DNA of 63,612 nt, from positions 16,557,693-16,621,304 of the forward strand of contig CM119270.1 of the NCBI GenBank assembly GCA_051294375.1, given 5' to 3'. The position numbers and the translations under genes are program-made. Under the pieces are notes generated by a model, which searched no databases, was not told the origin of the DNA, and saw only the letters and a program-made list of their open reading frames with translations. The stretch is from Paraspadella gotoi (Eukaryota > Animalia > Chaetognatha). Below are positions 46,809-58,997 of this stretch, piece by piece (positions within the stretch are counted from its first letter, which is position 1; each line of letters begins with the position of its first letter).

Positions 46809-49800
46809 CGAGATTATGTCACTCTCCCCAAATCCTCCGCCCCGCGGCGGCCGCTTCTAGGGGCGGCCCCAGGGGGCAGGGACTATTCCAGGGGGAGCAG
46901 CGCCAAAATGGTCCATTAAGAGGTGGGCGCCTCCCTCTAGGATTGGCCTCCAGGGAGGACCCGCCCCAGGAGGAGGGTTCCTCCCCCCTGGGCGGCCAAC
47001 ATTTTGGGTCTATTTAGGGGCCCCCTTAATGCCTTAAGCCCCCTCGGGGACCAAAAAAAAGTCTGGCCCCCTGGAGGGTAAAACCCCCTTGTAGGGAGCA
47101 AAAAAACTTCTCCCCCAGGGCAGCGAGGTTAAAAGAGAGGCCAAGTTTCTAGATGAGAATCAAATATTACTTTCTGAACGATGGTTTAATTATATCTTGA
47201 GAAATATTTCTCCCTGTCTGCTTATCTCTCTTTCTTCTTTCCCTTTCTTTTTTTTTTTCTCCTCTCTCTTTTTCTCTCTTCTCTCTTTTTTCTTACACAT
47301 TCACTTCTTTCTTTTTTTTCTCTTCCTCTTCTTTTTTTCTCGTCTCTATAGAATTCTTTTTTGTTCTCTCTCTCTATTCAAGACTTGTTTTTATGGTTTA
47401 AAAGAAATTTAAAATATACCATATTTTTTTCAAAATTATTGTTTAACATACATTATATTTCCATTATCTTTATCGAAAAAAATTATAATATTTGTATTTT
47501 TATAACCAAATTATTTTTATTCAGTTAAACAAAAAGATATAGAAAAACAATTTTTAGCAAAACAAAGATATGAATAAGGACGTAGCAAACCACACAAAAT
47601 TTAGCATGGAGAGTTAAAAAAAAGCTAATCGAGTCATTATGTACTTACTTTTTTTGAGTCTTTTTTTAGATCTTATCTTTTTTTTATAATTTTTTTTTCT
47701 TTTTCTAGTATTTTGTTGAGGTAATATGGACATGACTTGAACGTAGACGTGATAGGAGAGTTTAATTTTATTTTATTAAAAAATTATTTCATATTTGATT
47801 TTTTTAAAAAAAAAATTAAAATAAAATCACCAAAAAACAAAATAATGAGGCAAGCTGGACTGACAAGACCTACTTAGATGAATTATGGAAGTCCCACCCA
47901 AAAAAAAAACAATAAAAAAACATATTTCATCAACTTAAGACGACGTTCTACATCGTAAAATAAAAATTTTATTTGTAACATTTAAGGGAATTGGTAATTT
48001 AATAATCGTCAGTTTGTTAGATTGCTTAAAGAGAGAATGAACTCACGTTGTTAGTTTAAGAGGCTGACGAATTTGAGAGAATAGAAGAAGAGTGAGCAAA
48101 AACTATATAAATCTAGCTCAATCAACATATACTTTTCTACCCACACACAAAATTTATTAATTCCAAACAGATCACATACTATTTTAAATCACGAATAAAT
48201 TAGAGAGTTTAATGAGACTAATATAGGGATGACTTTAAAAGACCTATAGAATAATTAAATTAAAATATAATTCAAATTAAAAAATAATATTTAATAAAAA
48301 TATATTTATTATAAGTGAATTTAAAAAAAATTTTAACCATCCCTACTCTATTATTCTATAAAATTTATTTTAAGATAAAATTTTGTTGTGTGGGTTTAGG
48401 AAAAATAAAAGTGGAGTTTTAATGGAAAAAAAAAAAAAGATTAACCTTTTACATTGAACATTATTTAAAAAAAATTTCTTTTTTGACTCTTAATTTCTCT
48501 CTTCTTTTTTTTTATTATTTCTATCGGATTAATATTAAATTAATTAATTAGATAATTGTTTTTGAAGTTTGATTGTTGACCAAAATTATATAAGTTTGAC
48601 CAAATTATCCCAAGTTTCCAAAATTATCTAAGTTGAACCAAATTATGCAAGTTTGACCAAATTATGACTGTTGAACTAAAAATTAAGCAAAATTAACAAT
48701 TGTTATACCAGATTGAGACTAATTTATGCCAAGATTTGACAAATCTAATTGAAAAATTAGAGACACAAAAATAAATTACAAGTTTTGACCACAAATTATG
48801 CGAGATTAGGGATAATTTATATAATGGCAAATTAGAGAGAAAAATAATTTAAAATTTAAAATTATGAAAAAAAGAGAGAAAATATTATATTACCAAATAA
48901 ATGAAAGTTTTACCCAAAATTATATAGAAAAAGTTATATCAAATTATTAAAGTATTATTAACCAAATTATTTTAAAGTTTAGCCAATTATGAAGTATTAA
49001 CCAAATAAGCAAAGAGAATAATAAAACTAAAATTATTAAAAAAAAATATAAACAAAATAATATGAAAAGATTTATCCCCAAAATTCATAAAAGTTTACCA
49101 AATTTTAAAAGTAGTATTAATTTATATCAGTTTGACCAATTATGTCAGTTGACAAAAAAATTAAATGAGTCCAAAATGAAAAAACTAAATTATGCAAGGT
49201 GAACAAAAGTATAATGACAACGTAAGGAAATAATTGAGATGCAGGCTATTTGGTTTAATTGAATAGATTAAAATTGAAAGTGAAAATATTATTTTATTTA
49301 ATATATTATTTTATTGTAATATTGAAAAGATGAAAAATATAGAAAAATAAGATAGAGAAAAACGGAAGAGAGAAAGAAAAAAGAAGAAGAAAGAAGAAAA
49401 GGAAAAAGAGAAGAAGAAGTAGAGGGAGATCGAGAAGAGATAAGAGAGGGATAGAAAAGAGCAGAACCGTTACCAGGTAAGAGAGACAAGACGAAAAAAA
49501 TACCATCCCCAAACATAAAAAAAAGAAAAAGAAAGAAGAAAAAAGACACACAACAAAGAGGAGGAAACAAGGATTTTTGTATTACTAAGACCCTGAAAAG
49601 CAGAGAGAAGAAAAAATATCACACACACAATAAGAGAGAGGAGAAAGAAAAAAAGATAAGATGCACCCCTTGGCGAGGCTCCCCAAAAAAAAGAGAGCGC
49701 TACAGGGTAGAGCGCGCCGCCCACTAGGCAAAAACCAACAAACAAACACGACAACGGGATTAAGGAATTTGCCTGCCTCGGGGCGGCCCCGGGGCTAACT

Positions 49801-49867
49801 CCGCGGGGCCGCCCCCAGCACCGCCCCCCGGGGGAAAGCGATTTCTGATAAGGATCGACATCACTTG
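46809..49867 (-). mobile_element. Non-autonomous hAT-like DNA transposon, copy 2 (indel-noisy)
   Basis: Reverse complement of 4202-7070 without the nested insertion. Target duplication cgctcaa(c) at 46801-46808 and from 49868; ends cgagattatgtc ... gacatcacttg. Confidence 0.8.
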
Positions 49868-50514
49868 CGCTCAAAACCCCAGAAAAATTGGCTTATTTTT
49901 ATAATCCAACTTTCCGAAGTTTCGACCCTTTAACGAAAGTCTTCCCTTTAGTCGTTTTAAAAATAATCATAAACCAAAAAAACTTAAAAAACATCCACAA
50001 AAAAAAAATAAGCATTAACTAACCAAAAATTACGAAGAAAATTGCAAATTGTTATATTTTACGAAAGGAACGCTCTGATTGTGTTTACAATAACATTAAA
50101 ATCATATACCTCCCCACCCTCCCCGGGCAAAGACAAAGCATTCCCTCTAACCCACCCGCATTCTCTTCTTTCCAATCCTTTTCCCCATATTTTCCCTCCC
50201 CCCCTTTGGCCCCCCCCCCTCTCCTCTCTCTCTTCCGTCTCTTGAAAAGGAAAAACAGTTTTGAGGAAAAAAAGAGTCGCACATAGAATTGACGGCTTCC
50301 TATATTACTGGCGCAAATTTTCAGAGAGGGGAAAAAAGATGAGAGGAGAGAAGAGGGAGGGACAGAGACAAAAAGAGAAACAAAAAAAAAAAAAAACACA
50401 AAAACAAGCACCCANNNNNNNNNNNNNNNNNNNNNNNNNNNNNNNNNNNNNNNNNNNNNNNNNNNNNNNNNNNNNNNNNNNNNNNNNNNNNNNNNNNNNN
50501 NNNNNNNNNNNNNN

Positions 50515-50903
50515 ATTTGTGATGCATGAATTTCTTTGAAGTCTTTCATTCACTATTTTCGTCCGTGAAAAGAGAGTAGAAATGAACAAGAGATGAAGTT
50601 GTTAGAAATATATAAAGATTAATCAATGTTAGAAATATATAAAGATAAAAATACTAAAGTCTGAAGATTATTTTTTATTAATAAAAGAAACCTTTAGAGT
50701 AACCACGCTCACCCCAGAAAATTGCTTATTTCTTATATCCAACTCCGAGTTTCAACTTTAACGAAAGTTTCCTTAGTTGTTAAATATATAACCAAAAAAC
50801 TTAAACATCACAAAAAAATAAGCATAAACTAAAAAATTACGAGAATTTGCAATTTATATACGAAAGAACGCCTGTGTGTTACAATAACATTAAAATATAA
50901 CCT
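50515..50903. other. Empty-site version of the 46.8-kb insertion locus
   Basis: 50515-50705 matches about 46565-46800 and 50712-50903 matches about 49877-50112, joined through a single cgctca at 50706-50711. Confidence 0.85.
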
Positions 50904-51986
50904 NNNNNNNNNNNNNNNNNNNNNNNNNNNNNNNNNNNNNNNNNNNNNNNNNNNNNNNNNNNNNNNNNNNNNNNNNNNNNNNNNNNNNNNNNNNNNNNNN
51001 NNNNNNNNNNNNNNNNNNNNNNNNNNNNNNNNNNNNNNNNNNNNNNNNNNNNNNNNNNNNNNNNNNNNNNNNNNNNNNNNNNNNNNNNNNNNNNNNNNNN
51101 NNNNNNNNNNNNNNNNNNNNNNNNNNNNNNNNNNNNNNNNNNNNNNNNNAGAGAGAGAGAGAGAGTAAAAGGCGAAGCGAGGATGGGAAAAGTGACGCAC
51201 GGAAGAACATCAACGGTGAAAATCCGGCGAAAGGAGGGAACACACTGGGTTTTAGTCTCGACACACCGGGTCTTAACCGGGGTTAGGATTTTTGGTTGGA
51301 TCTTGGCGTATTGGGATATTTCTTGAAAAGGCAGAATATCTATTGCAGTCTCGTTTATTAAATGAATTGATTATCTTTTCATTGGTCATACTAGTTTTAT
51401 TGCCAGTTCAAAATGAATTTATAAAAAAATTTAAATTGGTTTTACTAAGCAAGCAAGATATTGAACGATTAATTTTCATATTTTATATATTTCTATTTCA
51501 TATATAATTCATGTAAACCCGACGACGCCACCGACAACGAAAGAGACAAAATGTAGAATGCAACGACAAATATAAGAACAACAACAACAACAACGAAGAG
51601 GTTCTTGATTTTTTTTTTTTNNNNNNNNNNNNNNNNNNNNNNNNNNNNNNNNNNNNNNNNNNNNNNNNNNNNNNNNNNNNNNNNNNNNNNNNNNNNNNNN
51701 NNNNNNNNNNNNNNNNNNNNNNNNNNNNNNNNNNNNNNNNNNNNNNNNNNNNNNNNNNNNNNNNNNNNNNNNNNNNNNNNNNNNNNNNNNNNNNNNNNNN
51801 NNNNNNNNNNNNNNNNNNNNNNNNNNNNNNNNNNNNNNNNNNNNNNNNNNNNNNNNNNNNNNNNNNNNNNNNNNNNNNNNNNNNNNNNNNNNNNNNNNNN
51901 NNNNNNNNNNNNNNNNNNNNNNNNNNNNNNNNNNNNNNNNNNNNNNNNNNNNNNNNNNNNNNNNNNNNNNNNNNNNNNNNAGAGAA

Positions 51987-52017
<31 letters not shown>

Positions 52018-52427
52018 ACACGAAAAGTGCTTTCCATCATTTTGTCGAGTGACGAAAAACTCAATCCTTAACTGCTGAGCGTTCAGTTCTGTTTTCATTC
52101 ATTTGATTTCTTAAAAATATTTTTAATCGATTCCCAAAATCTTATTTACATATTGTAGTATTTATTGGCGGCGAGGTGTTTTTTATTTAAAATATATTTT
52201 GCAAAAGTAGTAAACTAAAAATTTGAAGGATTTTTATAAGTTTACAAGTATTTAATTTTGTTCATGTTTCTTTTTTTTTTACTTTCGGGGATGACTCCGT
52301 TTATGACTAGCTCATGGATGGCGTGCGACGTGAATTACAACTTATAGCACAGTATTAATACGTCATTTTAGTCATTACGTGTCATTATGTAATTTTCGGT
52401 CATTATAGTCAATACGTTAATATGTCA

Positions 52428-52730
52428 TTATGAAATTGGTACAACCAATATAAAAATTATCCATTCATTTAATAAATAAGCTATCTTGCCCCTGACTTTG
52501 GACAGGCTTTGGTGGTGTAAGGCCTCCATCACTCTTACAAGATAATGACAAAGCAGATCCCTGCAAGCTTTCAATCAAGACTCTCTCACAGTCCCGTTTA
52601 TTCACTCCCAGAGTACCTGGCTTCCCTATCAATGAAGTGGTATAATGTTTCAAAGAATGTTTCAATAGTATGAAAAGACCACTATACAATATATACTATA
52701 TTGTATTCCGCACTAGCATCAAAATACAAG
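52428..52730 (-). mobile_element. Near-full copy of the twister-containing short retroelement
   Basis: High similarity to 5329-5652; shares the end ttatgaaattggtacaacc. Confidence 0.85.
52482..52544 (-). ncRNA. Putative P5-type twister ribozyme (cleanest copy; the A8 equivalent is C here)
   Basis: UAUCUUG UAAGAGU GAUGG AGGCCU UAC ACC AC CAAAG CCUG UCCAAAGU CAGG GG CAAGAUA; P5, P4, T1 (CCA/UGG) and T2 (AC/GU) all pair. Confidence 0.65.
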
Positions 52731-53050
52731 TGATTTTTGGTCATTTTAGTCATTACGTCATTATGTTTTTTATGTCAATTTATGTCATGTAATTTTTGAT
52801 CATTTCAGTTATTACGTCATTATGTCTTTTAAGTCATTTTATGTCATGTCATTTTGGGTCATTTTAGTGACTACGTCATTATGTCTTTTACGTCATTTTA
52901 TGTCATTATATCATTTTGGATTCTCTGTTTTAATTATTTTATTAAATAAAAAAAAATGATGGGCAATAGTGTCATCATGAGTGAATGTCACATGTCATCA
53001 TTGTCATCATGTGTCATAATTCGTCCTGTAATTTGACGTGGGAGGAAATG

Positions 53051-53094
<44 letters not shown>

Positions 53095-53652
53095 GATAGA
53101 CCAAATTATTTTCTTCGCTTTTTCGAATTTTCTTTTTTTTTAAATTAAATTAAAGTTTTGTGCTTCGAAAAAAATATTAATATTAAAATTTTTTTTTAAA
53201 ATTTAAAAAAAAATTAAAAAATAAATAAACGAGTTGTTGTTGATACCATTTATACCATTACTGTTATTGTATTGTGTTAATATCGTTTTTGATATTAATA
53301 AAAACTAGTTGCATTAATTGTTACTTGTCTGTTCCGGTTTTCTGTTGTTGAGGAGGAATTTTGGGTTGCGAATCCCNNNNNNNNNNNNNNNNNNNNNNNN
53401 NNNNNNGTTTGTTTCAGATTTTTTTCCTTTCCACAGGAAGAACGAATATAAAGAAGCAAAAGAAGAACAAAGATTTGAAAACAAAGTTTTATTTTTATTA
53501 GGGGAATCAGTTTCTGAAAATCAAACAAGGCTTAAAGTAATATTAAAAATTACATTAAGAATAATAAAGAAGATAATAGAGAAAAAAAAGAAAGTTATAT
53601 AAAATGAGATAAAGGAAATAAGAAACAATGGAGAGAAAGAAAGAAAAAAATA

Positions 53653-53708
<56 letters not shown>

Positions 53709-53843
53709 AAACAAAAAATAAAGAAATGAAAGAAAAAAAGAAAAAATAAAAAAATAAAAAATAAAGAAATTAAAGAAAGAAAGAAAGAAAGAAAGAAAAA
53801 AGAAAGAAAGAAAGCAAGCAAAAACTAAAGAAAGAAAGAATAA

Positions 53844-53915
<72 letters not shown>

Positions 53916-54281
53916 AATAAAAGAATGGCAAGTGAAAGAAGGCCATAAATAAAACCCGTAAAGAAAGGCGCATCACCAGCCGACGCCTCTCAATTCTTCA
54001 AAATAAAACCGAGATTATTCCATTCATATTCATTATTCCATCTTTCACCTTTTTTTTCACATTTTCTTTTGTCTTTCCATTTCATCTTTCATTGTCTTCT
54101 TTCCCTTCATTCGCCTTTCCGACTTCATTGAATGAAGTAAAAGAATGAAAAGATAGGCTTCTTCGTGAAAAGAGAGGAAGGGAGAAGAAAAGAATGAAAA
54201 GGGAGGAAAAAGAAAAGAAAGGCGACGAACTAAATAAAGAAGAGAAAAAGAAAAGAACGAGAGAGAAAAGGCAAGGACCGT

Positions 54282-54348
<67 letters not shown>

Positions 54349-55257
54349 ACAAAAGACTGTCCTTGTCGACGGTTGGTCCGTCAGGAATTGGCATAAGTCA
54401 GGCGGTTGACGAAGACAATACCCCAATGGCGGACAAACGGCGGTGAACTTGAAAAAATTATAAGATTTGAGGAAAAAGTTGGATTGCAGTGGGCGGGGGC
54501 AGTTGAGAGGTGGAACAACCGGGCTGAGGATGAAATGTGGAGAAGAGGCGAGCGTGAATTGTTGAAAATGAAGAGCTGGTTGGAGATGTAAATATCTTAG
54601 CTTATTGTATAATCTTACTAAACAAAAATAGCTTAATAATACCCTAGAAGACTCTGAAGAAGCTGAAAATATGAAAAAAAAGGGTTGTTGATCAGGTCTC
54701 GTTGTGGATAAGGCAATAAGTGGGCTGAAGACTACTATCCTTAACTCGCCAGAAATGTAACGGGTCCTTAATTTGGGAAGAGGCTAAGTGGTTTTCTCGG
54801 TTCTCTATGAGAGTTCAGGCCCGGCTTCCCGCGTCCCCTTTGGATATCGTTTCCGCCACCTGAAGTTTAGCCCAAGGGTCACAACCGCAGGTGCGGTGAT
54901 CATAGGCGAGCGTGAACTTACCGACTACATTACAGTGAAAGAGAGAAAAGAAGTAAGCTCCAACCTCCCGTCCATATCCCGTCCGACGGCACAGGCGCCG
55001 AGGAGAAAATTGACCCGATAGAAGTCTGGTCTCCTCGGTTCTTCTGCTTTGTCCGGGCAGTGTAAGGTCAAGTCCGTGGGGACGGACCGGTACGTGATAT
55101 AGCTGGGACATACAATAGATAAGGCCTTGGTAAGTCGCCTTGGTAAGTAAGGCCTTGGTAAGTCGCCTCAATTCATTTTTTATGAGTTTCTGTATATTTG
55201 ACTCCATTTCACGTCAATTCTCAGCAATTTTAAAATTAATTTGAGATTTGAAAAAAG

Positions 55258-55549
55258 TTATGAAATTAGTACAACCAATATAAAAATTATTTATTTATTT
55301 ATTAAATAATCTATCTTGCCCCCGGACTTTGGACACAGGTTATGTCATCATTCTTGAAGGATAATACCATCGCAGGATCCCGCGTGCTTTCAATCAAGAC
55401 TCTCTCACAGTCTCGTTTATTCACTCCCAGAGCTTCCCTATCGTGTTCCCTATCTAAAGTGGTTTAATATTTCAACGAAAGTATCAATTGTATAAAAGGA
55501 CCACATCATTAAGTATTACATCGGGAAATACTATATTGTACTACGCACT
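55258..55549 (-). mobile_element. Older, diverged copy of the twister-containing repeat (ribozyme core decayed)
   Basis: ttatgaaattagtacaacc start, caagactctctcacagtctcgtttattcactcccagag core, tcgggaaatactatattgtact end. Confidence 0.8.
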
Positions 55550-56014
55550 CAATCCCGGATGTTATTATTTTTATATTTTATATTTTTATTGTTTTTAATG
55601 ATTTGGCTTCGTTTCTTTCCGTTAAACCGTCACAGATTTGAAAATATCTCCTCAAAAATTCATATTTTTTTACGATTTTCACGCATAGTTTTCACTGCCA
55701 CTTTTTTATTGCCAATTCTTCATCGCCCCTTCGCCTCATTTCCTCTGAATTTAATTTCCTTAATTAATTCATTCGATGCGTTTTTTTTTCGTTGTTTTTC
55801 AGACGTCGTCGCCGTCGCCGTCGCCGTCGCCTTATGCCGAGGATATTTCGCCATTGTCTCGAGTCTTTACCATTCCGGTTCCATTGCCATTCCGGTTCCA
55901 TTTTGCCATTTGCCATTTCCCGGCCTTTACGCCGCCGTCGGTTCGCCATTCGGCCACCATACGTCGGCCACTCCTTCGCCACGGGCAGCGGAGAGAGAGA
56001 GAGAGATGAGAGAT

Positions 56015-56045
<31 letters not shown>

Positions 56046-56203
56046 AGAGGAGAGGAGAGGAGATGGAGAGAGAGAGAGGAGGGGGGGGCCATACGTTGAA
56101 CCACTCCTCCGACGGCGGTCGACTCTCGAGAGGCGGCTCGCCGCTAATTGAGTCCGCACACACAGATGGGGGCCTTTAACGGGAGGGGGTGAAAAGCGGG
56201 TGG

Positions 56204-56285
<82 letters not shown>

Positions 56286-57410
56286 CTCTCTTCCATTCCT
56301 TTAACGGCCTTTAAGGGCGCCCCCCTTCCCTACCCCACCTCCTCTCCCCCACCCCCTACCCCCTTCCACCTCCGCCCTCCATCCAGATTCCGCTCATTTT
56401 CAATGAATAGCGTCGCCGCAGAAAACACCATGGCCCGAAATCGAGGAAGCCGCTAACCCCTCCTCTTTTTTTATCGTCGTCGTCGTCGTCGTGGATCGTC
56501 GTCGTCGTCGTCGTCGTCGTCATCAACGGGAGAAGAACAAATATCGTAAAGCGGAAGGTTTTTTTTCTTTTTCTTTTTTCTTTTTTTTTTTTCTTGGCGT
56601 CGAGTTGTGACGGAATTAAAGGAATTGGGGGGGGAAAAGCAGGGTAAGAAGGGCGGAAGGGGTCAATCGAGTATGGGGGGTGTAATTTGGAGGAAGGTAG
56701 GGGGGAGAATAATTAGGGTTATGAGAAGGGGGTTCACGTGAGCAGAAAACGGAATTGTGGGCGAAAAAAGGAAAGAGGAAATGGAAAATAATGGAAAAAT
56801 GCTGGGACGACGATTCTGCAGGTAATGAAGAACAAAAGACGGAAATGTTTGAAATTGATCTCTCTCGAATTGTGCCATTATTTTTATCTATCTATCTAAT
56901 AGATATCTATATACCTATCTCTCTATCTATCTATTTATCTCTCTATCTATCTTTCTAATATATCCTATTGTCTGTCTAACAATTTTTTTATTCCATTTAT
57001 GTACTGACGATGTTTGATCTCAAACGAAAGAGATTTTTTATCATCGTTCCTCAAGAATAATTAATGATAATCACCATCGATTCAGTTTCACTTTGTGATC
57101 CTCTTCATCGATCACCAAAGAGGACTTTTTGTTCGATCGTTTCCCCTGGTGATGATCACTCGAAATCGAATCGAATCTCGATCGTGAAAAGATTAAGATG
57201 AAGTTCTTGGCCCGAATTCCCCCGTCTCGATTATAGACCGCCGTCTCGGCAGGGAATCGGCAAGACCACGACAGTGTCCCGGCATGATTCCGACAACTTC
57301 ACAGCATGCCATCGGCATGGCGTCGCGGTATGGCGCCCCGGCAGGGTGGCTAATTCATCTTTATTGGCTTTTGTAATGATTGGCGATTCATTTCGTGGCG
57401 ACATCATTCA

Positions 57411-57562
57411 TGGTGGCTTTTCTTTTCATGGTGCCGAAGATCCAAGGTGGCGGAGATCCATAGTGGCATTCCTTTCACGGTGCCAGAGATCCAAGGTGGC
57501 GGAGATCCATAGTGGCATTTCTTTTCACGGTGCCAGAGATCCAAGGTGGCGGAGATCCATAG
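57411..57562. repeat. 3 x ~50-bp tandem repeat
   Basis: Unit tagtggcatttcttttcacggtgccagagatccaaggtggcggagatcca. Confidence 0.9.
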
Positions 57563-58904
57563 CGGGTGGGCAGGAAAAAAAAATAGCGTACCTCGCAAGG
57601 TCGACGGCGATTTGCATCTCAATCAGGAATCAAAGAGAAATGAGGGAAGACGAGAGATGGAGATGGGGTTAGGGGGGAAGTGAGGTAGAGGAGAGAGGGG
57701 AAAGAAAAAGGGAGAGAGAGGAGGGGATAAAAATGGGGCAAAGAGGGATAGAAGAGTATGATGGAGGGAGAGAGGGAAAGATGAGAGAGGGTAGAGGGAT
57801 GGTTAGGCGATTTAGCGGTTGATTTTGTCGCCATAGCAACGGAGGGAGAACGATTTAAAGGGGGGGATGAGAGGGAAGGGGAGGAGGTTAAAACGTTTCG
57901 TTTCGTTTTTGTTTGTTTTCGGTTTTGTTTGCTTTTTTTTTTCGCTCGAAGGGTTTTTTGCAATTTGCGAGGTTATTAGCAGGCTACGTAATTTACCTTA
58001 TGCGAATGTATTGGAAATAACTTTTTTTTTCTAAAAATTCCAACTATGTTGATACATACGTCTACAGCCAAATTGATACTATAAATTCTTTCCTTTTATT
58101 TTCCAAAACCCTATTCCTTTTTTTTCCCATTTTCTATCCCTTCCTCCTCTTTTCTTTTCCTTCCTCCTCCTTCATCCTCCTTCCTCCTCCTTCTTCCTCC
58201 TTCCTCTTCCTTCCTCCTCCTTCCAGCCAAACCGCTCCGCCATCGCGTTCAAACCTCAAACATCTAAATCGAATACATATCCATGGAAACGGGGAGTTGT
58301 TTAAACACTCGAGTCGTCACGTGATTAGATCCCCCGTTAGCCCCCCCGTCACCTCCAACCCCTTCTCACCCCTTTCCCCCTTCACCACCGCCCCCCCTTT
58401 AATCTCGCCTCACCCAACAAGGCGTCGCCACGCGAGGATCGCGTCGCCGAAAGTAATCCAAACGTCTGCCGCTAATTTTCTAATTTCGTTTTTTTTTCTT
58501 GCGCTAATCGGTTTCTCAGATACGAATGGCCAAGTTTTCGAGAGTTCCCTCTTTTTTTAATTGATTAGCGCCTAAGGTCGTCGTCGTTGTCGTTGTTGTT
58601 GTATGTACTTCTTGGTAATTGTCGTACTTGCCGTTTTATGCTTCATGTTGCGAAATTAGACTTTTTTGTTCATCGAAAAACTTTTGTCATTAATATATTT
58701 CCTAATTTATTACATGGATGTATATTTCTTCGCTTCATTTCAAATATTAGTATTTCATCGTATGGTTTATCATGTGGTTTTAAATGTTTTTAATTTTTAG
58801 GTCGTTTTTCTCGTCGTCGTTGTCGTCATCGTTTTTTTTTTTCGGTCGCCCGCGACAGAAAATTTTTTGGTCGCGATCGATTAGACGTCCATTTAAGTAG
58901 CGCC

Positions 58905-58997
<93 letters not shown>

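Larger units (their letters stand above)
52360..53020. repeat. GTCAT(T/A)-based tandem repeat, interrupted by the twister repeat
   Basis: Repeated gtcattttagtcattacgtcattatgt-like units on both sides of 52428-52730. Confidence 0.8.

Noticed and set aside
54654-54675. CTGAAGA-AGCT-GAAA minimal hammerhead core
   Set aside because: No stem III with an NUH triplet and no closing stem I.
57411-57562. Regular repeats here and at 4620-5150 and 60315-60620 as possible CRISPR arrays
   Set aside because: Head-to-tail repeats without unique spacers, eukaryotic context, no cas genes.
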